Source: Acidimicrobiaceae bacterium (GTDB lineage Bacteria > Actinomycetota > Acidimicrobiia > Acidimicrobiales > Palsa-688). From it: a DNA stretch of 24,000 bases. Under the pieces are notes generated by a model. That model saw only the letters and a program-made list of their open reading frames with translations. It had not been told where the DNA came from and made no database searches. Made by a program: the position numbers and the translations under genes. This document shows positions 6,720 to 16,523 of the stretch, in pieces. The DNA is taken from the NCBI GenBank assembly GCA_027320105.1, contig DAHVMA010000110.1, positions 13,336 to 37,335 on the forward strand, written 5' to 3'. Every line of letters begins with the position of its first letter. Within the stretch, counting starts at the first letter, position 1.

Positions 6720-8348
6720 TCACCCGACCATGCGGTCCCGGCCTTCCCAATACGGCGCCCGGAGGTCCTTCTTCAGGATCTTGCCGCTCGGGTTGCGGGG
6801 GAGCGCCTGGGCCCACTCGATCCGTCGTGGGCACTTGAAGCCGGCAAGGCGCTCCCGGCACCAGCCGACCAGCTCTTCCTCGGTGACCGCGCCCTCGCCG
6901 CCCCCGCCGCCCACGCCACCCACGCCACCCACGCCACCCTCCCGCCGGACGACGAGCGCCAGCGGAACCTCCCCCCACCTGTCGTCGGGGATGCCGATGA
7001 CCGCAGCGTCGGCGACGGCCGGGTGCGCCATGAGCACGTTCTCGACCTCGGCCGGATAGATGTTCTCGCCCCCCGAGACGATCATGTCCTTCACCCGGTC
7101 GTACAGGTAGAGGTAGCCGTCCTCGTCGAGGTAACCGGCATCCCCCGAACGAAGCCATCCCCCCCCCGCCACCGCTTCCCCCGTCGCCTCCGGCTGGTTC
7201 CAGTACCCGTGCATGACGACCGGCCCTCGGATCCAGATCTCCCCCACCTGACCGGTCGCCAGGTCCGTGCCCGTCGCCGGGTCTACGACCCGGAGCCCGA
7301 TGCCCGGCGCCGGCACCCCGGCGGCGCGCAGCCGGTGGCGGTGGGGTCCGTCGAGGTCGTGGTCAGCGGCGGGCAGGTAGACGACGGCGCCGGTGGTCTC
7401 GGTGAGGCCGTAGACCTGCAGGAGTGGGCAGCGGAAGGTCCGAACGGCGTCGGCGAGCACCCGCTCCGAGATGGGTGACGCCCCGTAGGCGAGGCAGCGC
7501 AGGGCCGAGAAGTCCCGTTCCGCCACGCCGGGGACCGACACGAGGAGCTGGATGACCGCCGGCACCACGAAGGTGTGGGTTACCTGCTCCCGTTCGAGGG
7601 TGTCCACGAGGGCGGGGGGAACGATGTCCCGGACGAGCACGCAGGTGGCGCCCCGGGCCAGGCCGGCGAGGAGGTACCCGCCGCCGCCGATGTGGAACAG
7701 CGGCATGGGAACGAGGCTCACGCTGCCGGCGTCCAGGAGGACGACGTCGCGCAGCAGCTCGGTCTCGGCGACGAGGTTGGCGTGCGACAGGAGAACGCCT
7801 TTGGGCCGGCCGGTGGTGCCCGACGAGTAGAGCTGGTAGGCGATGTCCCCGGCGTCGATGGGCACGGCGGGATCGTCGGGGGGAAAGGCGTCCCGCCAGG
7901 CGGCATACGTCGGCCCGGCGCCGCCACCCTCCCCGCCGATCGAGACGACCCGTGCGCCGCCGAGGTCGTCCACGACAGGGTCGATGGTCGCCAGGAGCTC
8001 CGCCCCGACGGCGAGGAGCTTGGCCCGGGCGTCGGCGACGACGAACGCCACCTCCGGCGGCGCGAGCCGGAAGTTGACCGGCGTCGGCACCGCGCCGATC
8101 TTGACGGCGCCGAAGTACAGCTCCACCTGTTCGGGGCTGTTCTTGTCCAGGTAGGCGACGCGGTCGCCCCGCTCGACGCCGGCGGCTACCAGCGCATTGG
8201 CGGCCTGGTTGGATCGGGCGTCGAGCTGGGCGTAGGTCATCCGGCCGCCCTCCCACCGCAGCGCGGTGTGGTCCGGGTCGCGCTCCGCCCAGTGCCGCAG
8301 CATGCCCGTCGTGGTGGGCGCCACCGCCCCGCGTGCTCCGGTGCCCAT
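6720..8348 (-). CDS. AMP-dependent acyl-CoA synthetase/ligase (FadD-like)
   Basis: 542 aa. AMP-binding signature YSSGTTGRPKGV, then YGLTET, GWLRSGDAGYLDEDGYLYLYDRVKDMI and the C-terminal PRNPSGKILKKDLR. A purine-rich SD (GGGGGGAA) lies about 7 nt before ATG 8348. Contains an unusual GGVGGVGGVGGGGGEG insert. Confidence 0.9.
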   Translation of the reverse strand: MGTGARGAVAPTTTGMLRHWAERDPDHTALRWEGGRMTYAQLDARSNQAANALVAAGVERGDRVAYLDKNSPEQVELYFGAVKIGAVPTPVNFRLAPPEVAFVVADARAKLLAVGAELLATIDPVVDDLGGARVVSIGGEGGGAGPTYAAWRDAFPPDDPAVPIDAGDIAYQLYSSGTTGRPKGVLLSHANLVAETELLRDVVLLDAGSVSLVPMPLFHIGGGGYLLAGLARGATCVLVRDIVPPALVDTLEREQVTHTFVVPAVIQLLVSVPGVAERDFSALRCLAYGASPISERVLADAVRTFRCPLLQVYGLTETTGAVVYLPAADHDLDGPHRHRLRAAGVPAPGIGLRVVDPATGTDLATGQVGEIWIRGPVVMHGYWNQPEATGEAVAGGGWLRSGDAGYLDEDGYLYLYDRVKDMIVSGGENIYPAEVENVLMAHPAVADAAVIGIPDDRWGEVPLALVVRREGGVGGVGGVGGGGGEGAVTEEELVGWCRERLAGFKCPRRIEWAQALPRNPSGKILKKDLRAPYWEGRDRMVG

Positions 8349-8356
8349 GCAGCGTT

Positions 8357-8381
8357 CCCCCCGTCGCTCGTCGACGGGGGG
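8357..8381 (-). promoter_or_regulatory. Perfect 10-bp GC hairpin between prk and the acyl-CoA synthetase gene, overlapping the latter's SD
   Basis: CCCCCCGTCG-ctcgt-CGACGGGGGG. On the minus-strand RNA the 3' arm contains the GGGGGG of the SD, 8 nt before AUG 8348. It could be an intrinsic terminator without a U-tract or an SD-sequestering element. Confidence 0.35.
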
Positions 8382-8472
8382 AGGCTACGCCCCGCGGGCA
8401 CTCGCTGGGTCCCCACCGGCGGAGGGCCGCCAGCCGCCGCCCAGCCGCCGCCGCCCAGCCGCCGCCAGCCGG

Positions 8473-9453
8473 TCAGCCCTCCGGCAGCGCCGCCAGCGCC
8501 GCCAGCGCCCGGTCGGGGTGGTTGTCGAGGAGGTGGTAGAGCAAGAGCAGCTGGCAGATGGCGAGCGGCTCGGAGCGGGGTCCCTCGCGCAGGACGCCGA
8601 GGCTCTCCGGCAGCGGGTGGTCGACCTCGAGGCGCTCCCATATCGCCTTCTCGAGGACGCTGCTGTCCTCCCGCGAGGCGTACCCGTGGACGTGGAGGGC
8701 GTCCACGGGCCGGCCCTCGGCGTCGCGGGAGAGCTTCAGGTGCATGGCGTGGGTGTCGTCCCCGGCCAGGACCCGGGTCATGTCGGGGTGGCGGATCGTG
8801 GGGCGGAGCAGGACCTCTGCGGACAGCGGGGTGCCCGGCGGGTCGTCGCGGCCCTCGACGGGCGCGAAGCGGATGACGATGTCGGCGTGCTCGCGTTGCG
8901 GGCGGATGTAGGCAGCGGACTCGGGCTCGCGCCGCTCGAGCTCGGCGAGCACCTGGTCGGGCGTGTAGCCCCGCTCGCCGCAGTCGCGCTTGACCTTCCA
9001 CTGGTGGCGGATGCCCTCCGGCGGGTCGAGGTGGACGGCGACGTCGAAGCAGGCCCGCGCCAGGCGCGTCGAGAGGGGCAGGAGCCCTTCGACGATGACG
9101 AACTCGCGCGGCTCGACCAGCTCGGGCCGGACGAGGCGGCCCGAGCGATGGTCGTACACCGGCTTCAGGATGGGGTGGCCGGTGGCCAGCAGCTGCAGGT
9201 GCTGCTCCATGATGTCCATGTAGTTGCACGCCGGGTGCAGCGGCGTGAACGGCAGCGACCTGCGCTCCTCCCGGTCGTAGCGGTGGTAGTCGTCCACGCA
9301 GATCGACGTGGCCCGTTCCGGCCCGAGCGCCTCTACGAGGCCGCGGGTCAGGGTGGTCTTGCCCGTGGCCGAGTCGCCGGCGATGGCCAGCATGACCGGC
9401 CGCGTCACCGGCTCCACCTGGGCGCGGTGCATGCGCAGGACCTTGTGCGGCAT
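8473..9453 (-). CDS. prk: Phosphoribulokinase (cyanobacterial/plant-like class II type)
   Basis: P-loop IAGDSATGKTT. The blocks VDDYHRYDREER, TPLHPACN, KPVYDHRSG, VIVEGLLP, HQWKVKRDCGERGY, RREPESAAYIRPQREHADIVI follow the PRK pattern as I recall it (DDYH..DR, T.L.P.aN, KPiYnH.tG, WKIqRD..eRG, RkPDf.aYIdPQk..AD), not the uridine kinase pattern. RuBisCO lies 3 kb away. The start may be ATG 9453 or ATG 9432; no clear SD. Confidence 0.85.
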   Translation of the reverse strand: MPHKVLRMHRAQVEPVTRPVMLAIAGDSATGKTTLTRGLVEALGPERATSICVDDYHRYDREERRSLPFTPLHPACNYMDIMEQHLQLLATGHPILKPVYDHRSGRLVRPELVEPREFVIVEGLLPLSTRLARACFDVAVHLDPPEGIRHQWKVKRDCGERGYTPDQVLAELERREPESAAYIRPQREHADIVIRFAPVEGRDDPPGTPLSAEVLLRPTIRHPDMTRVLAGDDTHAMHLKLSRDAEGRPVDALHVHGYASREDSSVLEKAIWERLEVDHPLPESLGVLREGPRSEPLAICQLLLLYHLLDNHPDRALAALAALPEG

Positions 9454-9558
9454 ACCGGGACACTACGGAGCGGTCCCGGGTTGCCGCCTCCCGCCGGTGG
9501 GGGATGGCGCGGGGGAACGTCGCTGGCGCGGCGCAGGCCGGCGCTAGCGTCCGGCCTG

Positions 9559-10215
9559 ATGCCGGGGCCGGTGCGGGTGGTGCTCGTCGACGACCACGAG
9601 ATCGTCCGCCTGGGGCTGAAGGCGATGCTGGCGCGCCACGCAGCCGAGGTGCGGATCGTGGGGGAGGCGGCCGACGTGGCCGCCGGGATCACCGCCGTCG
9701 AGACCTTCCGGCCGGATGTGGTCATGACCGACCTCCGCCTCGGTGCGGCGAGCGGCCTCGACCTCGCCCGCCAGGTCCTGGCCCGCTGGCCGGAGGTCAA
9801 GGTCGTCGTCCTCACCGTCTACGACGACGAGCAGTACGTGTACCAGGCGCTGCGGGCGGGCGCCGCCGGCTACCTGCTCAAGCGGGTCGACGGCGCCGAG
9901 CTGGTCCGCCACCTCGCCGAGGTGGCCGCCGGGCAGGTCGTCGTCGACCCCACCCTGGCCGGTCGCCTGGCCACATCCGCCGCCCGCCTGCAGCACGGCG
10001 AGTTCTGGCCCGGGGCTCACCTCGGCCTGAGCCAGCGGGAGAGCGAGGTCCTCGCCTTGATGGTGGCCGGCCTGTCGAACCGGGCCATCGCCGCCCGCCT
10101 CGTGGTCGGCGAGGAAACGGTGAAAAGCCACGCCTCCAGCGTCTACCGCAAGTTGGGGGTGGGGGACCGGACGGCGGCGGTCGCCGCCGCGATCAGGGAG
10201 GGGCTCTACCAATGA
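9559..10215 (+). CDS. NarL/FixJ-family response regulator (REC + LuxR-type HTH)
   Basis: VVLVDDHEIVRLGL...DVVMTDLRLG...VVVLTVYDD is the receiver domain. LSQRESEVLALMVAGLSNRAIAARLVVGEETVKSHASSVYRKLGV is the GerE/LuxR HTH. The stop overlaps the kinase start (ATGA at 10212-10215). Confidence 0.9.
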   Translation: MPGPVRVVLVDDHEIVRLGLKAMLARHAAEVRIVGEAADVAAGITAVETFRPDVVMTDLRLGAASGLDLARQVLARWPEVKVVVLTVYDDEQYVYQALRAGAAGYLLKRVDGAELVRHLAEVAAGQVVVDPTLAGRLATSAARLQHGEFWPGAHLGLSQRESEVLALMVAGLSNRAIAARLVVGEETVKSHASSVYRKLGVGDRTAAVAAAIREGLYQ

Positions 10216-11390
10216 CCGACGGCGATTGGGTCGGGCGGGTTGACCCGGCCACGGCGCGTGAGCTGCTGCTCGGGACCATCGACGCCGTCGCCGCCGCCCT
10301 GGAGCTGTCCGACCTCGCCCGGCGCGTGGCGGACCTGGTGACCCGTGCCATGCGCGTCGACGTCTGCTTCGTCCACGTCCTCGACGACGACGAGCGGGGG
10401 CTCACCCTCACCGGCGCCACCCCGCCGTTCGACGCCCAGGCCGGGAGGGTGCACCTCGCCCTGGACGAAGGCGTCTCCGGCTGGGTGGCCGCACGGCGCG
10501 AACCGGTCGTCATCGTCGAGGGCAAGCTGGACGACCCCCGCTACCGCTACTTCCCCGAGCTCGGCGGCCTCGAGTTCGTCTCCATGGCGTCGGTGCCGAT
10601 GACCTCGCGCCCCACCGGGCTGGCGGGGGTGATCAACGTCCACACCCGGCAGCGCCACGAGTTCGACGAGGGGGACGTCGCCCTGCTCACCGGGATCGGG
10701 CAGCTGGTGGCCGGAGCCATCCACGCCGCCCGCCTCCACCGCCAGCTCGTCCACCGCGCCCAGGAGTACGAGGGGCTCGTGGAGAGGTTCGTCGCCGTCC
10801 AGGAAGCCGAACGCCGCCGCATCGCCGCCGAGGTCCACGACGGTGTCACCCAACCGGTCGTCAGCCTGGCCATGCACCTCGCCGCCGCCGCCGAGGCGCT
10901 TGGCGACGGGGACCACGCCTTCGCCGCCGGCCAGGTCGCCACCGCCCGCAGCCTCGCCGAGCTCGCCGTAGCCGAGACCCGCGCCGCCCTCGCCGGCCTG
11001 CGCCCCCCCATGCTCGACGACCTCGGCCTCCCCGAGGCCATGCAGTCGCTCGCCGCCACCTCCGTCGCCGCCGGGGCGGACGTCACCTGTGACGTGGACG
11101 TGCCCGTCACCCTGCCCGACCACGTGCAGGTGGCCGTCTACCGCATGGCGCAGGAAGCGATGCAGAACGTCGCCAAGCACGCTCACGCCACCAACATCCT
11201 GCTCCAGCTGCGGGCCGCCGGCGACGAGCTGGTGCTGCGGGTCAGGGACGACGGAGCCGGCATGCCGGCGCCCGGGATCGGCCTCGACGCCATCCGGGAG
11301 CGGGCGGAGCTGCTCGGCGGCACGGTGAGTGTGAGCAGCGCCCCGGGCCGTGGCACGGACCTCATCGTCCGCCTCCCCGTCGCCGGGTAG
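10212..11390 (+). CDS. Cytoplasmic sensor histidine kinase: single GAF + HisKA_3 + HATPase_c
   Basis: 392 aa with no TM segment. N-terminal GAF-like domain (VCFVHVLDDDERGLTL...GVSGWVAARREPVVI...SMASVPM...GVINVH). H-box AERRRIAAEVHDGVTQ. N/G boxes QEAMQNVAKHA and VRDDGAGM...GIGLDAIRERAELLGG. Confidence 0.9.
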   Translation: MTDGDWVGRVDPATARELLLGTIDAVAAALELSDLARRVADLVTRAMRVDVCFVHVLDDDERGLTLTGATPPFDAQAGRVHLALDEGVSGWVAARREPVVIVEGKLDDPRYRYFPELGGLEFVSMASVPMTSRPTGLAGVINVHTRQRHEFDEGDVALLTGIGQLVAGAIHAARLHRQLVHRAQEYEGLVERFVAVQEAERRRIAAEVHDGVTQPVVSLAMHLAAAAEALGDGDHAFAAGQVATARSLAELAVAETRAALAGLRPPMLDDLGLPEAMQSLAATSVAAGADVTCDVDVPVTLPDHVQVAVYRMAQEAMQNVAKHAHATNILLQLRAAGDELVLRVRDDGAGMPAPGIGLDAIRERAELLGGTVSVSSAPGRGTDLIVRLPVAG

Positions 11391-11410
11391 GGGCCGGCGG
11401 GACCCGGATC

Positions 11411-12241
11411 TCAGGCCGGGCGCAGGTCGGCCAGCTCGACGAACCGCCTGCCGGCGAGCGGCAGCTCGCCGTGGCCGACGAGGTAGTACGGGCGGTCGAG
11501 GGGCGTCCCGGGGACGTCGGCGACGGCCAGGTCGCCGCCGACATCCTCGCGCGCCGCGAGGGTGACGCCCAGGCCGGCGGCGGCGCCCGCCAGGGCGGCG
11601 CGGTTGGACCCTAGGGTGAGGCGGGGCGGGTCGATCCCGAGCTCCTCGAGGAGCGCTTCGGTCGTGGCCCGGGTGCCGGAGCCGGGCTCCCGGAGCAGCC
11701 AGGCCGCCCGCCGCCACCCGGCGGCGACGTCCGGCCGACCCACGACGACGAGCTCGTTGGGCCAGCGGCCGAGGGTCACGACGTCGGATCCCTCCGGCGG
11801 CCGGCCGGCGACGGCAAGGTCCACGGCGTGGTCGGCGAGCAGCCGCCACACGCGGTCGCGCGGGGCCACCTCCAAGGCGACGCCGATGTCGGGGTGACGT
11901 CCGCGAAACCGTACCAGCAGGGGCGGCAGCACCACCTCGCCGGCGGTCGTGACCGCCGCCAGGCGCAGCAGCGCCGGCACGCCCGCCTCCGCCCGGGCAG
12001 CGTGGAGGGCCTCGTCGAGCAGCCCGAGCACACGCCGGCCGTAGGCGGCCAGCGTGGCGCCGGCCGACGTGAGCACGAGGCCGCGGCCCTGGCGGGCCAC
12101 CAGGGGGCTGCCGATCTCCCGGGCCAGTGCCGCCACGGCGGCGGAGACCGCCGGCTGGCTCACGTGCAGCCCGCCGGCGGCGCCCACCACGCTGCCGGCG
12201 TCGGCCACGGCGACAAGGGTGCGCAGCTGAGCGAGAGTCAT
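11411..12241 (-). CDS. cbbR: LysR-type transcriptional regulator, divergent from rbcL
   Basis: MTLAQLRTLVAVADAGSVVGAAGGLHVSQPAVSAAVAALAREIG is a LysR HTH, followed by a LysR substrate-binding domain. I start it at ATG 12241; the 15 upstream codons of the tracked ORF are AT-rich and look non-coding. The cbbR name comes from position opposite rbcLS-cbbX. Confidence 0.85.
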   Translation of the reverse strand: MTLAQLRTLVAVADAGSVVGAAGGLHVSQPAVSAAVAALAREIGSPLVARQGRGLVLTSAGATLAAYGRRVLGLLDEALHAARAEAGVPALLRLAAVTTAGEVVLPPLLVRFRGRHPDIGVALEVAPRDRVWRLLADHAVDLAVAGRPPEGSDVVTLGRWPNELVVVGRPDVAAGWRRAAWLLREPGSGTRATTEALLEELGIDPPRLTLGSNRAALAGAAAGLGVTLAAREDVGGDLAVADVPGTPLDRPYYLVGHGELPLAGRRFVELADLRPA

Positions 12242-13743
<1,502 letters not shown>

Positions 13744-13745
13744 GC

Positions 13746-14177
13746 ATGCGTGTGACCCAAGGGACGTTCTCGTTCCTCCCCGACCTGACCGACGACGAGA
13801 TCCGCCTGCAGATCCAGTACTGCCTGGACCACGGCTGGGCGGTGTCCGTCGAGCTCACCGACGACCCCCACCCCCGCAACACCTACTGGGAGATGTGGGG
13901 GCTGCCGATGTTCGACCTGCCCGACGCCGCCGGCGTGCTGGCCGAGGTCAAGGCGTGCCGTGACGCCTACCCCGGCCGCTACGTGCGGGTGATGGCCTAC
14001 GACTCGTCGTTGGGGCGCCAGACGGTGGCGCTGTCGTTCATCGTGCAGCGGCCGGTGGAAGAGCCCGGCTTCCGGCTCGAGCGGGAGGAGGGCCCGGGCC
14101 GCCGGCAGCACTACGCCCTGCATCCCTACGTCATGGCCCGCCCCACCGGCGAGAGGTACCCGGCGAACGGCTCATGA
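13746..14177 (+). CDS. rbcS: RuBisCO small subunit (red-type)
   Basis: [25 protein letters not shown]...[16 protein letters not shown]...SFIVQRP.EEPGF matches red-type CbbS ([19 protein letters not shown]...PRNSFWEMWGLPLF...SFIVNRP.HEPGF). It starts 3 nt after the rbcL stop. Confidence 0.95.
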   Translation: MRVTQGTFSFLPDLTDDEIRLQIQYCLDHGWAVSVELTDDPHPRNTYWEMWGLPMFDLPDAAGVLAEVKACRDAYPGRYVRVMAYDSSLGRQTVALSFIVQRPVEEPGFRLEREEGPGRRQHYALHPYVMARPTGERYPANGS

Positions 14178-15205
14178 GCCGGGACGGGGGGCCCGGGTCG
14201 GCAGCCGGCGTGGGCGCCGGTGAGGACGGCGCCCCGCCGGCGCGGCCGGGGTTCGGCATCCGGCGGCCGGAGGCCATCGCGGGCGACGACGTCGAGGCGG
14301 CAGCACTTTCGGCGCTCCCGGCGCTCCCGGCGGACGAGCTCATCGATCCCGACGAGGAACGGCGCCGCAGCAACCTCGACGGCATCCTCGGCCGCCTCGA
14401 CGCCGAGCTCGTCGGCCTCGAGCCCGTCAAGACCCGCATCCGGGAGATCGCCGCCCTCCTTCTCGTCGACCGCATGCGGCGGCGCTTCGGCCTCGACGCC
14501 CCCCGCCCGACGCTTCACATGTCCTTCACCGGCAGCCCCGGCACCGGCAAGACCACCGTCGCCGTCCGCATGGCCGAGTTGCTCCACGGCCTCGGCTACC
14601 TCACCCGAGGGCACCTCGTCGCCGTCACCCGCGACGACCTCGTCGGCCAGTACGTCGGCCACACCGCACCGAAGACCAAGGAGGTCCTCAAGCGGGCCAT
14701 GGGCGGGGTGCTGTTCATCGACGAGGCGTACTACCTGTACCGGGTCGAGAACGAGCGTGACTACGGCCAGGAGTCGATCGAGATCCTGTTGCAGGTGATG
14801 GAGAACCAGCGCGAGGACCTCGTCGTCATCCTCGCCGGCTACAAGGACCGGATGGACACGTTCTTCTCCGCCAACCCGGGGATGAGCTCGCGCATCGCCC
14901 ACCACATCGACTCCCCCGACTACTCGGTGACCGAGCTGACGGCGATCGGCGGCCTCATGCTCGAGCAGGCGGGGTACCGGCTGTCGCCCGGCGCCGTCTT
15001 GGTGTTCGAGGACTACCTCCGCCGGCGCAAGGACCAGGCGCGCTTCGCCAACGCCCGCAGCGTGCGCAATGCCCTCGAGCGGGCCCGGCTCCGCCACGCC
15101 GGCCGGGTGCTCGGCGCCGGGCGGCCGCTCGGGCGCGACGACCTCGTCACCTTGGAGCCGGAGGACTTCCTGGCGAGCCGGGTGTTCGCCGACCCGGAGC
15201 CGTAG
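14174..15205 (+). CDS. cbbX: CbbX, AAA+ red-type RuBisCO activase
   Basis: Walker [12 protein letters not shown] and Walker [14 protein letters not shown]. Long blocks are shared with Rhodobacter CbbX as I recall it ([99 protein letters not shown]). ATG overlaps the rbcS stop (ATGA). It has a ~60-aa low-complexity N-terminal extension. Confidence 0.93.
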   Translation: MSRDGGPGSAAGVGAGEDGAPPARPGFGIRRPEAIAGDDVEAAALSALPALPADELIDPDEERRRSNLDGILGRLDAELVGLEPVKTRIREIAALLLVDRMRRRFGLDAPRPTLHMSFTGSPGTGKTTVAVRMAELLHGLGYLTRGHLVAVTRDDLVGQYVGHTAPKTKEVLKRAMGGVLFIDEAYYLYRVENERDYGQESIEILLQVMENQREDLVVILAGYKDRMDTFFSANPGMSSRIAHHIDSPDYSVTELTAIGGLMLEQAGYRLSPGAVLVFEDYLRRRKDQARFANARSVRNALERARLRHAGRVLGAGRPLGRDDLVTLEPEDFLASRVFADPEP

Positions 15206-15245
15206 CGGGGCTTCCGGGCTCGCTGCTGGGGTGCCACGATGGTGC

Positions 15246-16523
15246 ATGCCCGGCGCCACGGCCCGACCGACCCGGGACCCGGCGGCCGAGGGGTTGCCGG
15301 CGGCCGCGCTCACCGGCCCGGTGGGCGAGTGGGTGAGGGCCGCCACCCCCCACACCGAGGTCGACCCCGCCGCCCTGCTCATCAGCACCATGGTGGCCTG
15401 CGGTGTCGTCGCCGGCCGCCGGCCACACCTGTGGGCCGGCAACGCCCGCCAGCCGGCGGCGATCTTCGCCGTCGTGGTGGCCGACACTCCCAAGGCCAAC
15501 CGAGGCCTGTCGTGGGCGGTGACCCGCCGGCTGCTCGGCGTGATCGACCCCGAGCTGCTGCACCGCCAGGTGCGCACCGGGCTCGGCAACGGCCGCCCTG
15601 TCCTCGAGACCCTCCATGCCGCCGCACTGCCCGACCGCCACAGCCCCGGGGACCGCCCGAGGGACTCGACCAGGCTCCTCGTGCACGACCCGTCGTTCAC
15701 GCGCACGCTCGGGATGGCCGCCCGCCCCAACTCCGAGGTGGCCACCCTGGTCCGCAGTGCCTGGGACGGCCATCCGCTCGAGGTGGGCCACGGCCGCCAC
15801 CGCGTGGAGCAGCACCACCTCGGCGTCATCGCTCACGCCACGCGCGACCAGCTCGCCCATCGCCTGTCGATCACCGACGCCTCTGCCAGCTTCGTCAACC
15901 GCTTCGCCTTCGTGATCGCCCGTCGCCAGCCGCCGCTGGTCGACGAGGGAAACGTGCCACCCGAGCTGATGGTCGAGCACGGCCGGCGGCTGCGGGAGGG
16001 CCTCCAGGCCGCCGCGCGCCTCGGGGTCCTGTGCCGCTCCCCGGACGCCGAGGAGGTCTGGAAGGCGGCGTACCCGACCCTCGCCGGCGACGACCCTGGC
16101 GGGCTCCTCGGGATCATGGTGGCCCGCGCCGCCCGCCACGCCATGCGCTTCGCGCTGGTCCACGCCCTCACCGAGGGCGCGGCGGTCATCGGGGCCGAGC
16201 ACATCGAGGCGGCCCTTGCCCTGTGGTCGTACTGCCGGCGGTCGGCGGCGACGGTCGCCTCGAGCGCGCCGTCGGCGTCGGCGGACCTGGGGTCCGACCT
16301 CCTTGCCGCAGTGCTGGCCGCAGGGGAGCGGGGACTGAGCCTGAGCGAGCAGCTCGACCACTTCGGGCGCAACGTGCCGGCAGGCCGGGTTCGGGTCGCC
16401 CGCCAGGCCCTCGAGGAGGCCGGTCTGGTCGTGAGCGGCGCCGAGCGCCGAGCGGCGTCGGGGCGGCCGGCGATGGTCACCCGGGCGGTCCAGGTCGCCG
16501 GCGGCGGTCGGCAAGCCTCGTAA
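15246..16523 (+). CDS. DUF3987-like protein (mobile-element/primase-associated family) with a C-terminal winged-helix-like tail
   Basis: This frame has normal composition, whereas the two overlapping long ORFs are Arg/Pro/Gly-rich. The pattern LP..L.GP.GEWV.A..PHTEVDPAALL...AIFAVVVA...RLLVHD..F...L.......L..AWDG.PL.V...........HLGVIAH.T...L.........FVNRFAFV fits my memory of DUF3987/YfjI-like proteins. The expected P-loop position reads ADTPKANRGLS, i.e. degenerate. The start could be ATG 15246 or GTG 15231. Confidence 0.55.
   Translation: MPGATARPTRDPAAEGLPAAALTGPVGEWVRAATPHTEVDPAALLISTMVACGVVAGRRPHLWAGNARQPAAIFAVVVADTPKANRGLSWAVTRRLLGVIDPELLHRQVRTGLGNGRPVLETLHAAALPDRHSPGDRPRDSTRLLVHDPSFTRTLGMAARPNSEVATLVRSAWDGHPLEVGHGRHRVEQHHLGVIAHATRDQLAHRLSITDASASFVNRFAFVIARRQPPLVDEGNVPPELMVEHGRRLREGLQAAARLGVLCRSPDAEEVWKAAYPTLAGDDPGGLLGIMVARAARHAMRFALVHALTEGAAVIGAEHIEAALALWSYCRRSAATVASSAPSASADLGSDLLAAVLAAGERGLSLSEQLDHFGRNVPAGRVRVARQALEEAGLVVSGAERRAASGRPAMVTRAVQVAGGGRQAS

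Noticed and set aside
8266-9558. Upstream part of the 649-aa ORF 8266..10215, and the 408-aa ORF 8237..9463
   Set aside because: Both overlap prk in antisense or in another frame and have extreme Arg/Pro/Gly composition. The response regulator begins at ATG 9559.
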